IMG/VR virus record: IMGVR_UViG_3300007512_002205
Span: 62,001-121,143 of that record
Source of the DNA: an uncultured virus (IMG/VR IMGVR_UViG_3300007512_002205)
Lineage: Duplodnaviria > Heunggongvirae > Uroviricota > Caudoviricetes
Strand: one strand, 5' to 3'
Length of the DNA: 59,143 nt
Positions 57,674-59,143 of this stretch are shown piece after piece (within the stretch, counting starts at the first letter, position 1; every line of letters starts with the position of its first letter). The notes beneath the pieces are model-generated. The model was not told the origin of the DNA, searched no databases, and saw only the letters and a list, made by a program, of their open reading frames with translations. The translations under genes and the position numbers were made by a program.

Positions 57674-59143
57674 CTAGACAACAGCTCTCTTTTCTGACGT
57701 TGCGGATTGGGCAACAGACATACCTCTTGGCTTCACAGATTTCCACTTCTTTTCAAAGAAGTCCAAAAATCCTTGCGCTGGGTTACTTGGATTATTTTTC
57801 ATAGCAGATTTTACGCGAGAGCCTTGTGTCCTCATATTTCTTAAAACGTTTTTATCTGGCATTTTTTGCCCGCCGCTTCTTGCAGAACGAACAATCTGCC
57901 TTAAACCCCCACGACCTTGATTGTGTGCAACGTATGCATAAAATTCAGTTTCCGGTGTAACCGAACCACCGGAAACTTTGGCGGCGGCTTCTAAATTCTT
58001 CTTATACAATCGCGCACCAGCATCGGCATTTTTTCTTGCATCATAAAAATCTTTTTCCGATCTTAACCCGTAAGCCCTTCCGGTGCTGCCAATAAATTGA
58101 AACAAACCTCTTGCTCCCGTTGGCGATTTTGCGTATGGATTAAAACCAGATTCCATTTGAACAACACCCATCAAAATATCCTCATCGACATCATGAGTTG
58201 AGGCCGCATCCTGAATAGCTCTCACTATCTCAGGAAGTTTTCCTCTTGGAATTCTTCCATGTCGTCTTGATATTTCGTCTACCTCTCTTATTTTTACTTT
58301 TGGAAGGGTAGAGCGGACATGGTGTTTTTCCTCACTGCTACCCGATGCGCTTGATGCTTTTCCAAGAGCGGCCCCGGCAACAGCTTGTGCCATTTTTTCA
58401 GCAACTTCACCATAGAGGTGAATCCCGTCTGACTTTTCTACAGATGGGAAATTTGGCCAAGTTGCACCAAACACATCCCTGGGGTCAACATAGACAACAT
58501 TTGAAGCATAATCTGAAAAAGTATTCTTGAAGTCGGAGTTTCTGCGTTCTCTCCCTTTTGCCATTGACTTACCGCGTTGTTCTGTTGGTTTTGTAAAATA
58601 GGTTGAGGCTTGTCCTTCCGGGGCTTTTTTAAGATACGGGAACTTTCTAAATGCTCCATTTAAATCCCTAATCTCATGGGCTGGTGGTGGTCCTGCAATA
58701 ACAATCTTTGTTGAACTTGGGAATTTTTTAATAATAGGTGTTGCATCAGATGCTGAAGATTTTTGATGCCCTCCCGTAAACAAAACAACAATATCGTAAT
58801 CGACACCCGGAATCTGCCCAACCGCTTGAGCAGTATAGGTTCCATAGGCTGAATTATTTGCAACTTTATAACCCGCTCTTCCAAGAAGCGATGAAAGGGG
58901 ACCACCGGAAGAAGCTCTGCTTCCTTGACTGTCTCCAATGATTAGCGCCTTGCCGTGCTTCTTTCCAGTCTTTTGGGGTTGGTGAGAAACCGTTCCTTGC
59001 ACCTCTGGTGTTTCCTCAACGGTAGTCAGTGTTTTTTCACCGAACACCCCATCAGGTGTTTGGCCGAGTTTCTTTTGCAATTCAGTCACGGCAGCGGCAG
59101 TTCTCTTTCCATAAATCCCATCTGCGTTTGAATTACCCTTTTC
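57674..59143 (-). CDS. Partial (5' truncated) PG-binding + SGNH esterase + lytic transglycosylase (SLT/GH23) protein
   Basis: Frame open to the right edge (ADGIYGKRTAAAVTELQKKLGQTPDGVFG); IIGDSQ...DGIHL; QMESGFNPYAKSPTGARGLFQF...AHNQG. Confidence 0.88.
   Translation of the reverse strand, partial: EKGNSNADGIYGKRTAAAVTELQKKLGQTPDGVFGEKTLTTVEETPEVQGTVSHQPQKTGKKHGKALIIGDSQGSRASSGGPLSSLLGRAGYKVANNSAYGTYTAQAVGQIPGVDYDIVVLFTGGHQKSSASDATPIIKKFPSSTKIVIAGPPPAHEIRDLNGAFRKFPYLKKAPEGQASTYFTKPTEQRGKSMAKGRERRNSDFKNTFSDYASNVVYVDPRDVFGATWPNFPSVEKSDGIHLYGEVAEKMAQAVAGAALGKASSASGSSEEKHHVRSTLPKVKIREVDEISRRHGRIPRGKLPEIVRAIQDAASTHDVDEDILMGVVQMESGFNPYAKSPTGARGLFQFIGSTGRAYGLRSEKDFYDARKNADAGARLYKKNLEAAAKVSGGSVTPETEFYAYVAHNQGRGGLRQIVRSARSGGQKMPDKNVLRNMRTQGSRVKSAMKNNPSNPAQGFLDFFEKKWKSVKPRGMSVAQSATSEKRAVV

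Noticed and set aside
109..58530. All plus-strand ORFs in the track
   Set aside because: They are short antisense shadows of long minus-strand genes, Ser/Phe/Leu-rich and without motifs.
1..59143. tRNA, rRNA, introns, inteins, IS elements
   Set aside because: Coding density is close to complete and I saw no cloverleaf, transposase, homing endonuclease or intein motifs; covariance-model searches were not run.

Overview
This window is a fragment of a large tailed dsDNA phage genome, probably a myovirus-like jumbo phage. It is AT-rich, uses the standard genetic code, and every credible gene lies on the minus strand, mostly translationally coupled (ATGA/TAATG overlaps). Read in the direction of transcription (right to left) there are five modules. 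(1) About 47.5-59.1 kb: probable virion/head-associated and envelope-targeting proteins, including a PG-binding + SGNH esterase + lytic transglycosylase fusion, a HEXXH peptidase/PG-binding/TPR protein, a pre-toxin-TG-like/PG-binding protein, a ligase-like + HxGH nucleotidyltransferase fusion and a CUB-like protein. (2) A near-consensus sigma70 promoter at about 47.5 kb heading small genes, ClpP, a zincin and a Cas4/RecB-like nuclease. (3) A 28-gene, about 25.5 kb cytoplasmic glycan-biosynthesis island with two NeuA/NeuB nonulosonic-acid modules (one pseudaminic-acid-like), 8 recognisable glycosyltransferase genes, and methyl-, acetyl-, formyl- and carbamoyl-transferases and deacetylases. It has no flippase, polymerase or membrane initiator. 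(4) A gp55-like sigma factor. (5) A baseplate module: M15-peptidase hub candidate, HxH spike, gp25-like, gp6-like and LamG proteins, the last followed by an unannotated ORF in a shifted frame that runs off the left edge. The strongest candidate for an undescribed system is phage-encoded, heavily decorated nonulosonate glycosylation, probably of virion proteins. All functional calls come from motif recognition by eye; no searches were run.
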